Origin: a virus
Taxonomy: Duplodnaviria > Heunggongvirae > Uroviricota > Caudoviricetes
DNA: 64,000 nt
Direction: 5' to 3' (one strand)
Virus record (IMG/VR): IMGVR_UViG_3300033062_000614
Made by a program: the position numbers and the translations under genes
Shown here: in pieces, positions 27,827-36,752 of the stretch
How positions within the stretch are numbered: the first letter of the stretch is position 1
Layout: the number at the start of each line of letters is the position of its first letter
The notes under the pieces: model-generated
Database searches by the model: none
The model's input: the letters and a program-made list of their open reading frames with translations, nothing else
Told to the model about the DNA's origin: nothing

Positions 27827-28057
27827 ATGGACGCTAACGATTTACTAAGACAACAGATAATTGAAAAGACTCTGCCCGCATCTGCCTCCAAAGAAGAGAA
27901 AGTTGAGGGGTCTTCTGCCGCCTCAGGAGACCTCCTCAGCCAATCTCTCAAGCTAAGAGAAGATATTGAAAAGCGAGAAGAGGCGGATAAGAACAAGCTG
28001 CGGGAGAATTTCATAAAGAATGTTAACATAGATTTGATAAAGGGGATTATGAGATGA
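27827..28057 (+). CDS. hypothetical charged protein
   Basis: ATG start, ATGA coupling to the next gene. Confidence 0.35.
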   Translation: MDANDLLRQQIIEKTLPASASKEEKVEGSSAASGDLLSQSLKLREDIEKREEADKNKLRENFIKNVNIDLIKGIMR

Positions 28058-29043
28058 AAGAACTAGTCAAAGATTTGGTAAAGTTGTATGAGGGTCAAGA
28101 GCTTGAAGAGTCAAAGAAAGTTCTCCAAGCTGTTGCTCTACTCAAAGCCAAAGCTGGAGGAACTGCCGAAGAAAAGGTCAGCTTCTTGAAATCCAAAGGC
28201 TACTCAGACAATGAGATTATGGATGCCTTGAAGATGATTAAGGAGTCTTTGGATGATATGGAAGAGGCAGCCAAGAAGAAAAGCAAAGACCCAAAAGAGG
28301 ACATTGAGAAGCAGTTGCACTCTATGGGCTTCAAGAAGTCTGTTGCCAAAGGGCTAGCTCCTTCAGTCAAGAATATTGAAAAGATGAAGGTTGGAAAGGT
28401 CTATACAATTGGAGAAGCTCAACAGATTACTAGGGAAGAGCTTAAGAAGTTGAAAGATAAGTATGGGGCAAACGATTGGAACGACCAGGAGTTTGTTGAA
28501 TGGTATCGAAGAAATCACGGCACAGGCTACGAGATTGAGATTGTTGAAGCTATAGATTGGAAGAAGATACTTGCATCAGCTGCTATTATAGGGGCTTTGG
28601 CTACCGTGCCTGTTAAGGGATATGCTGAAGATGCGAACGTTGCTGACCTCTTCAACTTCCTTGGTAGGGTTGTAAATACTGTCCAAACTGCAAGAGGGGG
28701 CAACGCTGGGATGACTGACATTCTTGGAGCTATGACAGGTCAACAGACTTCTACAACAGGTGGATACTACGGAGGCTATGGAACACACCAAGCTACCCAA
28801 GGCTATGCAGTTTGGGGAGGCACAAGCGACCAAATGGTCTGCACTAGAGCAAATCAAGCAGATGTTGGAAAATACTTCAAGGTAATCAACCAGTCCGACA
28901 ACTCCGAGGTTGTAGTAAAGTGCACAAACGCAGATTCTACTCTGGGTAGGAATGTTGTAGTATCTCTAAGCCGAGGAGCCTTCGCACAGATTTCAGACTT
29001 GAACCAGAGTTCCGTATACGTAACAATACAAGAGGTTGACTAA
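28054..29043 (+). CDS. hypothetical virion-associated protein with CTS-like N-terminus
   Basis: N-terminus 'MKELVKDLVKLYEGQELEE' is a member of the shared N-terminal motif family. Gly/Thr-rich middle 'GQQTSTTGGYYGGYGTHQATQGYAVWGG'. Confidence 0.5.
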   Translation: MKELVKDLVKLYEGQELEESKKVLQAVALLKAKAGGTAEEKVSFLKSKGYSDNEIMDALKMIKESLDDMEEAAKKKSKDPKEDIEKQLHSMGFKKSVAKGLAPSVKNIEKMKVGKVYTIGEAQQITREELKKLKDKYGANDWNDQEFVEWYRRNHGTGYEIEIVEAIDWKKILASAAIIGALATVPVKGYAEDANVADLFNFLGRVVNTVQTARGGNAGMTDILGAMTGQQTSTTGGYYGGYGTHQATQGYAVWGGTSDQMVCTRANQADVGKYFKVINQSDNSEVVVKCTNADSTLGRNVVVSLSRGAFAQISDLNQSSVYVTIQEVD

Positions 29044-29228
29044 TGAGAAAACTCTTAGAAAAAGTCCAAGATGCTGTAGTAGTAACTGAAGCTCGTCATT
29101 TCAAGACTAAAGAAGATTTCATTAACTTCTTAAAGAATACATTGATTCCAGATTTAAGAAGGTCTGGAACTAACGAAACTGCGGACGATTTTGAGGAAGC
29201 TATATACTGGATGACGAAGGGTGCTTAA
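29043..29228 (+). CDS. small protein with CTS-like N-terminus
   Basis: 'MRKLLEKVQD…'. TAATG coupling. Confidence 0.45.
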   Translation: MRKLLEKVQDAVVVTEARHFKTKEDFINFLKNTLIPDLRRSGTNETADDFEEAIYWMTKGA

Positions 29229-29229
29229 T

Positions 29230-29496
29230 ATGAGACAGCTGTTTGAGATATTACTAGAGGTTGCTAAATACAACTACTCAAGTCTTGCTGATGAAGTAGG
29301 GCTTAGTGATGAAGTAAAAGACAGGTTCATCAGGTTTATGAAAGTCCGCTTTCCTAACAAGGAAGGCACCGATTGGGGCTATCACGAAACTTGGGCTCAA
29401 AGGTTCAAGAGGGGCGAGGAGTGGGAGTTCTCAGACTCCGAAAGCCGTGTAGCCTTACAGGTTGTAGATGCGAATTATTACGCAAACAAGAAATAA
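29230..29496 (+). CDS. small protein with CTS-like N-terminus
   Basis: ATG 29230 directly after the upstream stop gives 'MRQLFEILLEV'. The track GTG start at 29221 overlaps the upstream gene. Confidence 0.45.
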   Translation: MRQLFEILLEVAKYNYSSLADEVGLSDEVKDRFIRFMKVRFPNKEGTDWGYHETWAQRFKRGEEWEFSDSESRVALQVVDANYYANKK

Positions 29497-29556
29497 TATG
29501 TTCAAACAACTGTTTGAAAGATTACAGGAAGTCCAAAAAGAGGAAGAAACGAAATA

Positions 29557-29802
29557 GTGCTGATATTCTGCAAGATTACATTTTTGATTGCAGTTTGCCT
29601 GCTTTTGTATATTGTCATAGAGCTGTTAGTTGAAAAATGGAAGGAGGGTGATATGAGTGTAAAGGAGTTTATCAAGGAGGTGACTTTGCAAGAGGGCAAA
29701 AAGGTAAGCCTCTCGATTGCACAAGTTGCTGAGGTTTTGAAGATTGCAAATGAGTTGTTGGACGGTGAGCTATACAAGCTCATCAAGAGGGTCAAGGGTT
29801 GA
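29557..29802 (+). CDS. hypothetical small protein (start uncertain)
   Basis: An internal ATG at 29653 is preceded by GGAAGGAGGGTG. The upstream part would be a TM helix. Confidence 0.3.
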   Translation: MLIFCKITFLIAVCLLLYIVIELLVEKWKEGDMSVKEFIKEVTLQEGKKVSLSIAQVAEVLKIANELLDGELYKLIKRVKG

Positions 29803-30017
29803 AGGCTCGCATAGTTCTTTGTATTCTAATACTAGTGGGCATAGCGTATCTACTAGGATTAGCTTATGTCGTCAGATATAGGCGACCCAAGGTTGAAGAG
29901 GTAAAGACCTACTACCCTGATTTTGAGGTTGCTTATATGGAGGACGTAACTATCGAGATTTGGAAGGATGGCAAAAAGGAAACCATCAAGTTGCCGCATT
30001 TGAAAATCAGTAAGTAG
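29799..30017 (+). CDS. small membrane protein
   Basis: TTG start overlapping the upstream stop. 'ARIVLCILILVGIAYLLGLAYVV' TM helix. Confidence 0.35.
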   Translation: MKARIVLCILILVGIAYLLGLAYVVRYRRPKVEEVKTYYPDFEVAYMEDVTIEIWKDGKKETIKLPHLKISK

Positions 30018-30035
30018 AGAAAAAGGAGAATTAGT

Positions 30036-30233
30036 ATGAAGGGTAAAGTGAAGTGGTTCAGCAATCAGAAAGGGTATGGGTTCATCAGCACAGAAGAAGG
30101 CAAAGATGTGTTCGTGCACCATACCTCAATCTTAGGCGAAGGCTACAAGACATTGGCAGAAGGGCAAGAAGTTACGTTCGAGGTTGAATCTACAGCAAAG
30201 GGCGAGCAAGCAGTAAAAGTCAGCAAGTTGTAA
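30036..30233 (+). CDS. Cold-shock protein (CspA family)
   Basis: '[32 protein letters not shown]…EGQEVTFEV…KGEQAVKV' carries the RNP1 'KGYGFI' and RNP2 'VFVHH' motifs. 65 aa. RBS AAAAGGAG. Confidence 0.85.
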   Translation: MKGKVKWFSNQKGYGFISTEEGKDVFVHHTSILGEGYKTLAEGQEVTFEVESTAKGEQAVKVSKL

Positions 30234-30253
30234 ATAACCAAGGAGGAGAAGAG

Positions 30254-31117
30254 ATGAAGAAGTTAATGGTAATACTGCTAGCGATGCTTCTGATGACTTC
30301 AGGTATTGCACTAGCAGAGGTTACAAAGTTTGACAAGAAGAATCTGGAGTTTGGATTAGAGTATAACTACGCAGACAAGGATATCCAAGATGTTGAGCTT
30401 TTGTCTGTCAACATCCCTGATGTGTTGAATGGCAATCTGGTTTTGGTAAACCAGAAACTCCATCTCAACCAAGAGTTGGCTACAGTAGGCTACAAACTTG
30501 GGGACTTGTTGACCCCGTATGCTATACTAGGTATTTCACAATTGAATGGAAATACAAGATTGAATGGCGACATAGCTACCGAATGTTGGAGTGCTGGAGC
30601 GACCTTACTTGAAATACCTTACAACAAGGGCGGTTCTGCATTCACTTATGGCTTGGGAGCAAAAGGCAACCTATTGGAACTTCCTGCTCAAGTAATCCTT
30701 GGCTATGATGTAAGAATGACGACATTCAAAGGTGACTCAAATAACAATATAGTGCTTTTGCCTGGCGATTGTGGATTTGAGCTAGGTGCAAAGAAAGAAA
30801 TCAAATACTTGGAATTGAACACATTGCTCTCTGCAAGTAGAGAGTTCAAACTTACAAACAAGGACGGTTCTGACCGTAAGTATCTTCAGTCTATTACCCC
30901 GATGTTGGGTTTCAAATATAGCAGGGTTGACATCAATGGCAAGACTACAGTCAATATAGAGGACGCAACTGTTGCATCTGAACAGAATGTAAAGGGTGAC
31001 CTGTATTCTGCAGTTGTGGGAGTAAGCTGTAAAGTTACAAGCAACATAGATGTAAAGGCAACTGGTTCGTTTGGCGGTGACAAAGGGTTTGGAGTAGCAG
31101 CAACTTACAGATTCTAA
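30254..31117 (+). CDS. Secreted outer-membrane β-barrel-like protein
   Basis: Signal peptide 'MKKLMVILLAMLLMTSGIALA|EV'. Alternating hydrophobic/polar β-strand patterning. C-terminal 'GVAATYRF' ends in Phe, the OMP β-barrel C-terminal signature. RBS AAGGAGGAG. Confidence 0.5.
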   Translation: MKKLMVILLAMLLMTSGIALAEVTKFDKKNLEFGLEYNYADKDIQDVELLSVNIPDVLNGNLVLVNQKLHLNQELATVGYKLGDLLTPYAILGISQLNGNTRLNGDIATECWSAGATLLEIPYNKGGSAFTYGLGAKGNLLELPAQVILGYDVRMTTFKGDSNNNIVLLPGDCGFELGAKKEIKYLELNTLLSASREFKLTNKDGSDRKYLQSITPMLGFKYSRVDINGKTTVNIEDATVASEQNVKGDLYSAVVGVSCKVTSNIDVKATGSFGGDKGFGVAATYRF

Positions 31118-31235
31118 GGTTCAAGGGACGGGAGTTTTAGCAAGAGCAAGCCAAAGTTCAGTTGGTAACACAGTTACCGTTGTAAAAATGCCCTAGCTCC
31201 TAGGCTTCTCCCGTTCTACCAAAAAAGGGCTTTAT

Positions 31236-31571
31236 ATGTTTAGACAACTATTTGGATTACTAGAACATACAATCGAAGAGGTTGAAGAAGATTTGACTGA
31301 CCTCATAGAAATACAATCTAGCGAACCTTCGGTCAAAACGGATGAGTATATGCGGGGTCTTGCCAATGGGTTGATATGTGCAAGAAATTGTGTCAATCAG
31401 CTAGACCCTGTTTACATAGAGAACAAGGTAGAGGAATATACGATGTCTAAGAAAGACTTGATTGATATGCTAGTCAGTCAAGGTAAGTCTTGGGATGCTA
31501 TTATAGCTAGAATACCTGCCTTCAAAGGCGACAAAGAGGCAAAAGAGATTTATCAAGGACTTGTAAAATGA
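31236..31571 (+). CDS. hypothetical protein with CTS-like N-terminus
   Basis: 'MFRQLFGLLEHTIEE'. Confidence 0.45.
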   Translation: MFRQLFGLLEHTIEEVEEDLTDLIEIQSSEPSVKTDEYMRGLANGLICARNCVNQLDPVYIENKVEEYTMSKKDLIDMLVSQGKSWDAIIARIPAFKGDKEAKEIYQGLVK

Positions 31572-32026
31572 GAGAGCTTATAGAAAAACTTCAAGGTATA
31601 CCTGACTTAACAGAAAACTATGGCGAGATAGTAGTTCCAAAAGCAGGTATGAAAGCCCACTATGGAGAAGTCCTTGGGGTCTTTTGGTATGATACTAAGT
31701 CCAATAAGTTGGACTATTCTTCAGGCTCTGCAGGTCACGATACCTTCAAGGACTATAAGGAATACTTCAAGACTCCTGGTATGGTTCGGGGACGTTTAGG
31801 AAGAGATGAAGATGGCACAATCTACATATTGATATACGTTGGAGATTTTGAAGGTAGACCTCTGGCTGGCGATACTATACTAGATTTGTATAAACAAGTA
31901 TCAGAAGTCTCCAAGGTTCATATAAACTTTGTGGTAGATGAATTAGGTAGGGATTTGATAGAAGGCAACTTAAAAGAACAGGGCTTCGTTGGGGGAGTTG
32001 GAGCTCCTGGGATTGGCGGACTATGA
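31568..32026 (+). CDS. hypothetical protein with CTS-like N-terminus
   Basis: 'MRELIEKLQGIPDL'. ATGA coupling. Confidence 0.5.
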   Translation: MRELIEKLQGIPDLTENYGEIVVPKAGMKAHYGEVLGVFWYDTKSNKLDYSSGSAGHDTFKDYKEYFKTPGMVRGRLGRDEDGTIYILIYVGDFEGRPLAGDTILDLYKQVSEVSKVHINFVVDELGRDLIEGNLKEQGFVGGVGAPGIGGL

Positions 32027-32298
32027 GAAAACTACTAGAGAAGACTTTGAAGATTCAATTGGTTGAGAAGACTTCTATACCTCCAGATATGCAGAGAGAG
32101 CTAGAAGACTATGAGTTACACGTAGCTTCTGATATTGGAGAAGTGCCAGTAAACGCTAAGGGCGATACGGTTGATAAACTTGTGGCTTGGTGGAGAGCTA
32201 ACGGCAAGCAGATTCTAGAGCTTGAAGACCAACTTGCCAATGACGTAATCAAACCCTCAGAATATGACGTAAAGCTAAAGGCTTTGTTAAAGAAATGA
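32023..32298 (+). CDS. hypothetical protein with CTS-like N-terminus
   Basis: 'MRKLLEKTLKIQL'. ATGA coupling. Confidence 0.5.
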   Translation: MRKLLEKTLKIQLVEKTSIPPDMQRELEDYELHVASDIGEVPVNAKGDTVDKLVAWWRANGKQILELEDQLANDVIKPSEYDVKLKALLKK

Positions 32299-32549
32299 CA
32301 AAGATTAGAAAGCTATACGAGTTTCTCAAAGAGTCATTGGATTGGAAAGATGTAGAGCCGTATTGGTTCAAGGTCAACGACAAGCTCGAAGGCAAGAAAG
32401 ATTGGGAAGACGAGAAGTCCGCAGCTTACGAAGGCGGTGACGTAGACAACATCTTTGACCTGTTCCATACTAATAGAAGTGTAGCAATAGACCTTATCAA
32501 TATGGGGCTCAAGATGCTTGGCTCGAAAGAGCAATTGCCTTATGGATAG
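32295..32549 (+). CDS. hypothetical protein with CTS-like N-terminus
   Basis: 'MTKIRKLYEFLKESLD'. ATGA coupling. Confidence 0.45.
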   Translation: MTKIRKLYEFLKESLDWKDVEPYWFKVNDKLEGKKDWEDEKSAAYEGGDVDNIFDLFHTNRSVAIDLINMGLKMLGSKEQLPYG

Positions 32550-32769
32550 AGAGCCTTTACACATAGATAAGAAAGAGTTGTTTTGCAATCGTTGCAATAA
32601 GTATATAGACAAGTTTACAGGAACTCTAGTAATTAACAATGAAACGCATTGTTTGTATTGTGGTAATTGGCTTTGTGGTTGCTATGATGCCTTTGGTTGT
32701 GAGATGTTGTTAGAAGACCCGACCATAGTTCATTGTAAACTAGAGTCAACTATACTAGGAGCCATATAA
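32542..32769 (+). CDS. Cys-rich zinc-finger protein
   Basis: ATG 32542 (ATGGATAG overlap) is preferred over TTG 32518. 'CNRCNKY…CLYCGNWLCGC…GC' contains 8 Cys. Confidence 0.4.
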   Translation: MDREPLHIDKKELFCNRCNKYIDKFTGTLVINNETHCLYCGNWLCGCYDAFGCEMLLEDPTIVHCKLESTILGAI

Positions 32770-32921
32770 TGAAAAAATACATCTACAATACGTTGACAGT
32801 TTCTGCTTCAAAGATTCCTTTGACGAACAAGTATCTCGTCAAAGGCGAAACCTTTACTGCCCTTATACACAAGAAGGACTTCGAAAGAGGGGCTAGGGAG
32901 ATTCCTAAGGAGAAGAAATGA
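32769..32921 (+). CDS. possible small ORF (50 aa)
   Basis: TAATG and ATGA couplings on both sides. Not in the ORF track. Confidence 0.3.
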   Translation: MKKYIYNTLTVSASKIPLTNKYLVKGETFTALIHKKDFERGAREIPKEKK

Positions 32922-34150
32922 AGATAGGATTTAAGCTACCTACGTTATGGGCACCAAAGTATACACCAGGCATTGCCCCTGATTATCACGTGTGGCAAAA
33001 GATAGTAGACTACAAGGTGACGGGTAGCCCTGCGACTTCTCTGACGTTCAATCTACTAGACCCGGAAGTAGTTCTGTTGATGCACTTGTATGATACGAAG
33101 GATAGGGCTAATCACGTCATAACAAACAACGCTGTGACGTTTGATACAACTCCTGGGCGTCCAAGACTAGGCGCATCTGCAGTAGCTTCGTTCAATGGGT
33201 CAAGTGGGTATTTAAGTGCTCCAGATTCAGCAGATTTCTATTTTGCTAGCGGTGACTTTACTATTGACTTCTGGGTTTACTTTAATGCCCTTTCTGGCAC
33301 TACTAACATTATAGGACAGAACGACGGCACTACAAACAACTACTGGTATATCTATATTAATAGTGCAGGCACACTTGCCTATCAAGCTAAGTCTGGCGGA
33401 ACAATTGTAGCGGATGGTGGTGTAAGTCCTGCTGTTCTCACTACTGGACAGTGGTATCATATAGCGTTTGTAAAGGTTAGTGGGACAATCTATATATACT
33501 ACAACGGCATATCCCAAGTAACGTATGTAGGTAGTGCTGGAGCTTTCCCAGACATCTCTGCCCCTTTGACGATAGGTCAAGTCAATGGAGCTAATTATCT
33601 AAATGGGTATATGCAGGAGATACGCATCGTCAAAGAACTAGCCAAATGGACTGCCAGCTTTACTCCTCCAAATGCTCCTTACTATGGAGGTGGAGATGAG
33701 GATGAGGAGTATAAGATAGTTACTAGGTTTGTAAGTGCTGCGAATAGCAATTACATAGTTATGCGACCTAACAATGATAGTGGGGCTAACTATGGGGAAC
33801 AAGTATTAACAGGTAATGGCGCTTCAATTTCAGCAGCAAGAGATACTGCAAGAACATATATTGGTTTACTGACTTCAGGGGCTTTTGTCATAGGAGAATC
33901 TGGACATAGTGAATTGGTGCTTTATGCTAAATCAGGATATGTCAGAACTTCATTGTTGTCAGCCACCGAAAGGATTTCTGGAACTACTGTAACTTATATA
34001 ACGCTTGCAGGTGCTGATTGGAACAACACCATTGACAACATTCGTTCTCTAACAGTCTTTGGGGCTTCAGGAGGCTTAGGTGTTGGCTCTTCAATAGAAA
34101 TTTACCGTAAGAAGAATGCAGTCCCTTGGTGGGGCGGGGTGGGAGCATAA
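32918..34150 (+). CDS. Tail fibre/receptor-binding protein with LamG/ConA-like lectin domain
   Basis: 'FNGSSGYLSAPDSADFYFASGDFTIDFWVYF…GQWYHIAFVKVSGTIYIYYNG' matches the LamG jelly-roll pattern. The C-terminal 'YAKSGYVRT…GTTV…W(N/S)NT' module is repeated in the next gene. RBS AAGGAGAAG. Confidence 0.55.
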   Translation: MKIGFKLPTLWAPKYTPGIAPDYHVWQKIVDYKVTGSPATSLTFNLLDPEVVLLMHLYDTKDRANHVITNNAVTFDTTPGRPRLGASAVASFNGSSGYLSAPDSADFYFASGDFTIDFWVYFNALSGTTNIIGQNDGTTNNYWYIYINSAGTLAYQAKSGGTIVADGGVSPAVLTTGQWYHIAFVKVSGTIYIYYNGISQVTYVGSAGAFPDISAPLTIGQVNGANYLNGYMQEIRIVKELAKWTASFTPPNAPYYGGGDEDEEYKIVTRFVSAANSNYIVMRPNNDSGANYGEQVLTGNGASISAARDTARTYIGLLTSGAFVIGESGHSELVLYAKSGYVRTSLLSATERISGTTVTYITLAGADWNNTIDNIRSLTVFGASGGLGVGSSIEIYRKKNAVPWWGGVGA

Positions 34151-34151
34151 T

Positions 34152-35240
34152 ATGAAAACAGGACTTGTTCAAGGTGGAATAGATGGCATTTGGGTAGTGG
34201 CTCACGATTCAGGAGAGCTTACTGCGCCTTTGAGTAGATATGACATTGGCGGACTCAATGGCGATGTTGACGAAGAGTATCGCTTAATTATTCGTATTGT
34301 GGCAACTGATGTTGGTCCAGACTACTTGCAACTACGGTTCAACAATGACTCTGGTTCCAACTATGGCAATCAACGTATGTGGGGTCTGAATGCAGGAACA
34401 GGTGCAAGTAGATATGCTGATTCTGGTATGCGTATTGCAGAGCCTCAATCCACTTTGGCATACGGCATAAACTTCTCTGATACCTTAATCTATGCCAAGT
34501 CTGGGTTTGTCAGAACTGCTATTACGAGAGATGTAAGAGGCATTACCGGAACTACCGTAGATTCGATTTGGCTTAGAGGCACTAACTGGAGCAATACTAC
34601 AGACAACATAACTTTGATGACCTTAATGCCGTATAATGCTAACAGTTTAGGCATAGGCTCCCGCTTTATTCTGCTCAAGAAAGTCAACACTTCCAAGATG
34701 CGGACAGGGCTGCTTAACGCCAAAGGCAAGATTGTGGGAGCTTGGCAGAAGATTGCGGAGACTACTCTTACAGCAGCTGCTACTAGTTTGACCTTTAGCG
34801 GTCTTGACGGAGATGCGGATGTGCTGTATAATGTGCTTGTGAGGTCAGTAAATGGTTCAGGACTTCTTTGTGGATTTACGTTCAATCTAAATGGAGATAG
34901 TGCGGTTAATTATGGTTCTCAACATTTGGTCGGAATAAACGCTTCGGTATCAGCATCAAGGACTGTAGGTGGGTCTTCTTTAGATATTGAATGGGCAGGA
35001 ATAAGTGCGGGTGCTTTACATCATTTTAGTATTTTGCTTTATGCTAAATCGGGATATGTGAGAACAGCAATAGTAAACACGGCTGAAAATATCTCAGGCA
35101 CTACTGTAGATAAAACTAATTTGATTGGTTGTTCTTGGAATAATACAGCAAATGCTATTCAGTCCCTTGTCCTTAATGCTTCACAAGCTAATGGTATTGG
35201 TATAGGCACGCATATTGAACTTTGGAGATTAAACCTATGA
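34152..35240 (+). CDS. Tail fibre paralogue with two copies of the 'YAKSG(Y/F)VRT' module
   Basis: ATG 34152 after the upstream stop with GGAGCA RBS. Two internal repeats 'LIYAKSGFVRTAITRDVRGITGTTVDSIWLRGTNWSNTTDNITLMTLM' and 'LLYAKSGYVRTAIVNTAENISGTTVDKTNLIGCSWNNTANAIQSLVLN'. Confidence 0.5.
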   Translation: MKTGLVQGGIDGIWVVAHDSGELTAPLSRYDIGGLNGDVDEEYRLIIRIVATDVGPDYLQLRFNNDSGSNYGNQRMWGLNAGTGASRYADSGMRIAEPQSTLAYGINFSDTLIYAKSGFVRTAITRDVRGITGTTVDSIWLRGTNWSNTTDNITLMTLMPYNANSLGIGSRFILLKKVNTSKMRTGLLNAKGKIVGAWQKIAETTLTAAATSLTFSGLDGDADVLYNVLVRSVNGSGLLCGFTFNLNGDSAVNYGSQHLVGINASVSASRTVGGSSLDIEWAGISAGALHHFSILLYAKSGYVRTAIVNTAENISGTTVDKTNLIGCSWNNTANAIQSLVLNASQANGIGIGTHIELWRLNL

Positions 35241-35560
35241 GCAATTGCAAATGTGAATATGTAGAAGAAGTAAACCCGATTCAAAGCGGTGTCAGAATAC
35301 ATAAGCTAGTCAAGAGATGCGAAGAGTGCGAAGAGGCAAATACTAAGGCTAGAGCTGATATGAAAGTCCAAGCGATTGAAAACCTCAAGCAACACATCAA
35401 GTTACTTGAGGTTGATATTCTTTCAGCTAGAACACTAGGACATTTGGACATAGTTGAATCTAAAGAGGCTACTCTCAAAGCTGCTAAGGAAGAGCTCAAC
35501 AAACTAGAAGAGCCTGTGAAAATTGAAGAAGAACCCAAGCCAAAGAGGAAAAAGAAATGA
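35237..35560 (+). CDS. coiled-coil protein with N-terminal Cys cluster
   Basis: ATG 35237 (ATGA overlap) is preferred over the track start. 'CKCEYVEE…CEECEE'. Confidence 0.4.
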   Translation: MSNCKCEYVEEVNPIQSGVRIHKLVKRCEECEEANTKARADMKVQAIENLKQHIKLLEVDILSARTLGHLDIVESKEATLKAAKEELNKLEEPVKIEEEPKPKRKKK

Positions 35561-35793
35561 GAGACATAAGAAAAGAAGTCATTGAAGTATTAGCAGAACA
35601 TAGTGGCTTATCCGTAGATGAGATTAAGGACAATTCTCATATTACGGATGATTTGGGTATGGACTCCTTAGACAATGTCGAAGCGGTTATGGCGTTAGAG
35701 GAGCGTTTTGATATAGAGATACCTGACGAGGATGCAGAGAAGCTCTTCGAAGTTCAGGATATCGTAAAATATATAGAAGGTAGGTTGAAATAA
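35557..35793 (+). CDS. Acyl carrier protein
   Basis: 'ITDDLGMDSLDNVEAVMALEERFDIEIPDEDAEKL…VQDIVKYIE' carries the canonical ACP phosphopantetheine-attachment DSL motif and helix II. 78 aa. Confidence 0.85.
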   Translation: MRDIRKEVIEVLAEHSGLSVDEIKDNSHITDDLGMDSLDNVEAVMALEERFDIEIPDEDAEKLFEVQDIVKYIEGRLK

Positions 35794-35838
35794 TGGCTGT
35801 ATATGGATACGGCATAGTATACAAAAGAGGTAAGTAAA

Positions 35839-36234
35839 ATGGCTATGATGGATTTTACTAAAGTTTCTATACTTGAACGAATAGCCCAGATAGAGAAAAA
35901 CTTCAGGGGCACCAAGTTTGATGCCTTGGTTGACCAGCTCTTGGAGTTCTATCAGAAGAATAGCTACAAGGCGATGGAAGAAACAATCAAACAATTCCCA
36001 ACCGAAGAGAAGATGTTGGCTCAGCTGGTTGAGAAGTTGAAGAACAAGTCTGTCTATGTTACTCTGAAGAAAATCATAGAGAACAAAGAGATGACTGATG
36101 AGCAGAGACTCAAAGGCGTTTCTTCCTTGATTACGCACGTAGCAATCGAAATCGAACAAGGCAACAAGGAATACAAGATGTTGTTGCCTATGCTATATGA
36201 GAAGGTAGGAACTTTAGTATACAAGTTGAGATAA
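35839..36234 (+). CDS. hypothetical helical protein
   Basis: RBS AAAGAGGTAAG. Confidence 0.4.
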   Translation: MAMMDFTKVSILERIAQIEKNFRGTKFDALVDQLLEFYQKNSYKAMEETIKQFPTEEKMLAQLVEKLKNKSVYVTLKKIIENKEMTDEQRLKGVSSLITHVAIEIEQGNKEYKMLLPMLYEKVGTLVYKLR

Positions 36235-36752
36235 TGAAGAATCTTCTAAATATAACTTTGGGTGTTGCGGCAGTTGTGTCAGCAATACCACAAACACAGC
36301 CTCCTATTACCCTAGCTGAGAGAGGTATCAACACACAAAAACTGCTTGATGCCGTAAAGCTGGTAGAGTCAAATGGAGGAAAAGATACCGAGCCTAGATT
36401 CGAATATTCGGTATACCGCAAGCTACGCAGAGACTACAACATATTGAGACCGCATATACAAGAAGCTATACAGAAATACGGCTTCAAGAAGTTGGCGACC
36501 TCGTATGGACCATATCAAGTCCTTGGTTCGACTGCGGTATTCCTAGGCTTCGAGGGTGACCCTAGAGAGCTAATGCAAGAGTCCGTCTGTAAAGAGTGGG
36601 CATCCCGATACGTTAGGTATCTGATTTCCTCGGATAAGACTCATAGCCTAACCGATGTCGTATCGGCATACAATGCAGGGCTAGGTGGCATAGGTAAAAA
36701 TCCAGACTATACAAATAGAATTCTAGAATGCTATAAGGGAGGCGATAAATGA
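36234..36752 (+). CDS. Secreted lysozyme-like/lytic-transglycosylase-like protein (putative)
   Basis: Signal peptide 'MKNLLNITLGVAAVVSAIPQ'. 'LVESNGGKD…YGPYQV' weakly resembles the SLT/GH23 E-S…G…YGLMQ motif. Confidence 0.35.
   Translation: MKNLLNITLGVAAVVSAIPQTQPPITLAERGINTQKLLDAVKLVESNGGKDTEPRFEYSVYRKLRRDYNILRPHIQEAIQKYGFKKLATSYGPYQVLGSTAVFLGFEGDPRELMQESVCKEWASRYVRYLISSDKTHSLTDVVSAYNAGLGGIGKNPDYTNRILECYKGGDK

Noticed and set aside
27672-27838. GTG-initiated 54-aa ORF in the gap after the portal gene
   Set aside because: No RBS, and it overlaps the start of the 27827 ORF. It could equally be untranslated leader containing the hairpin.
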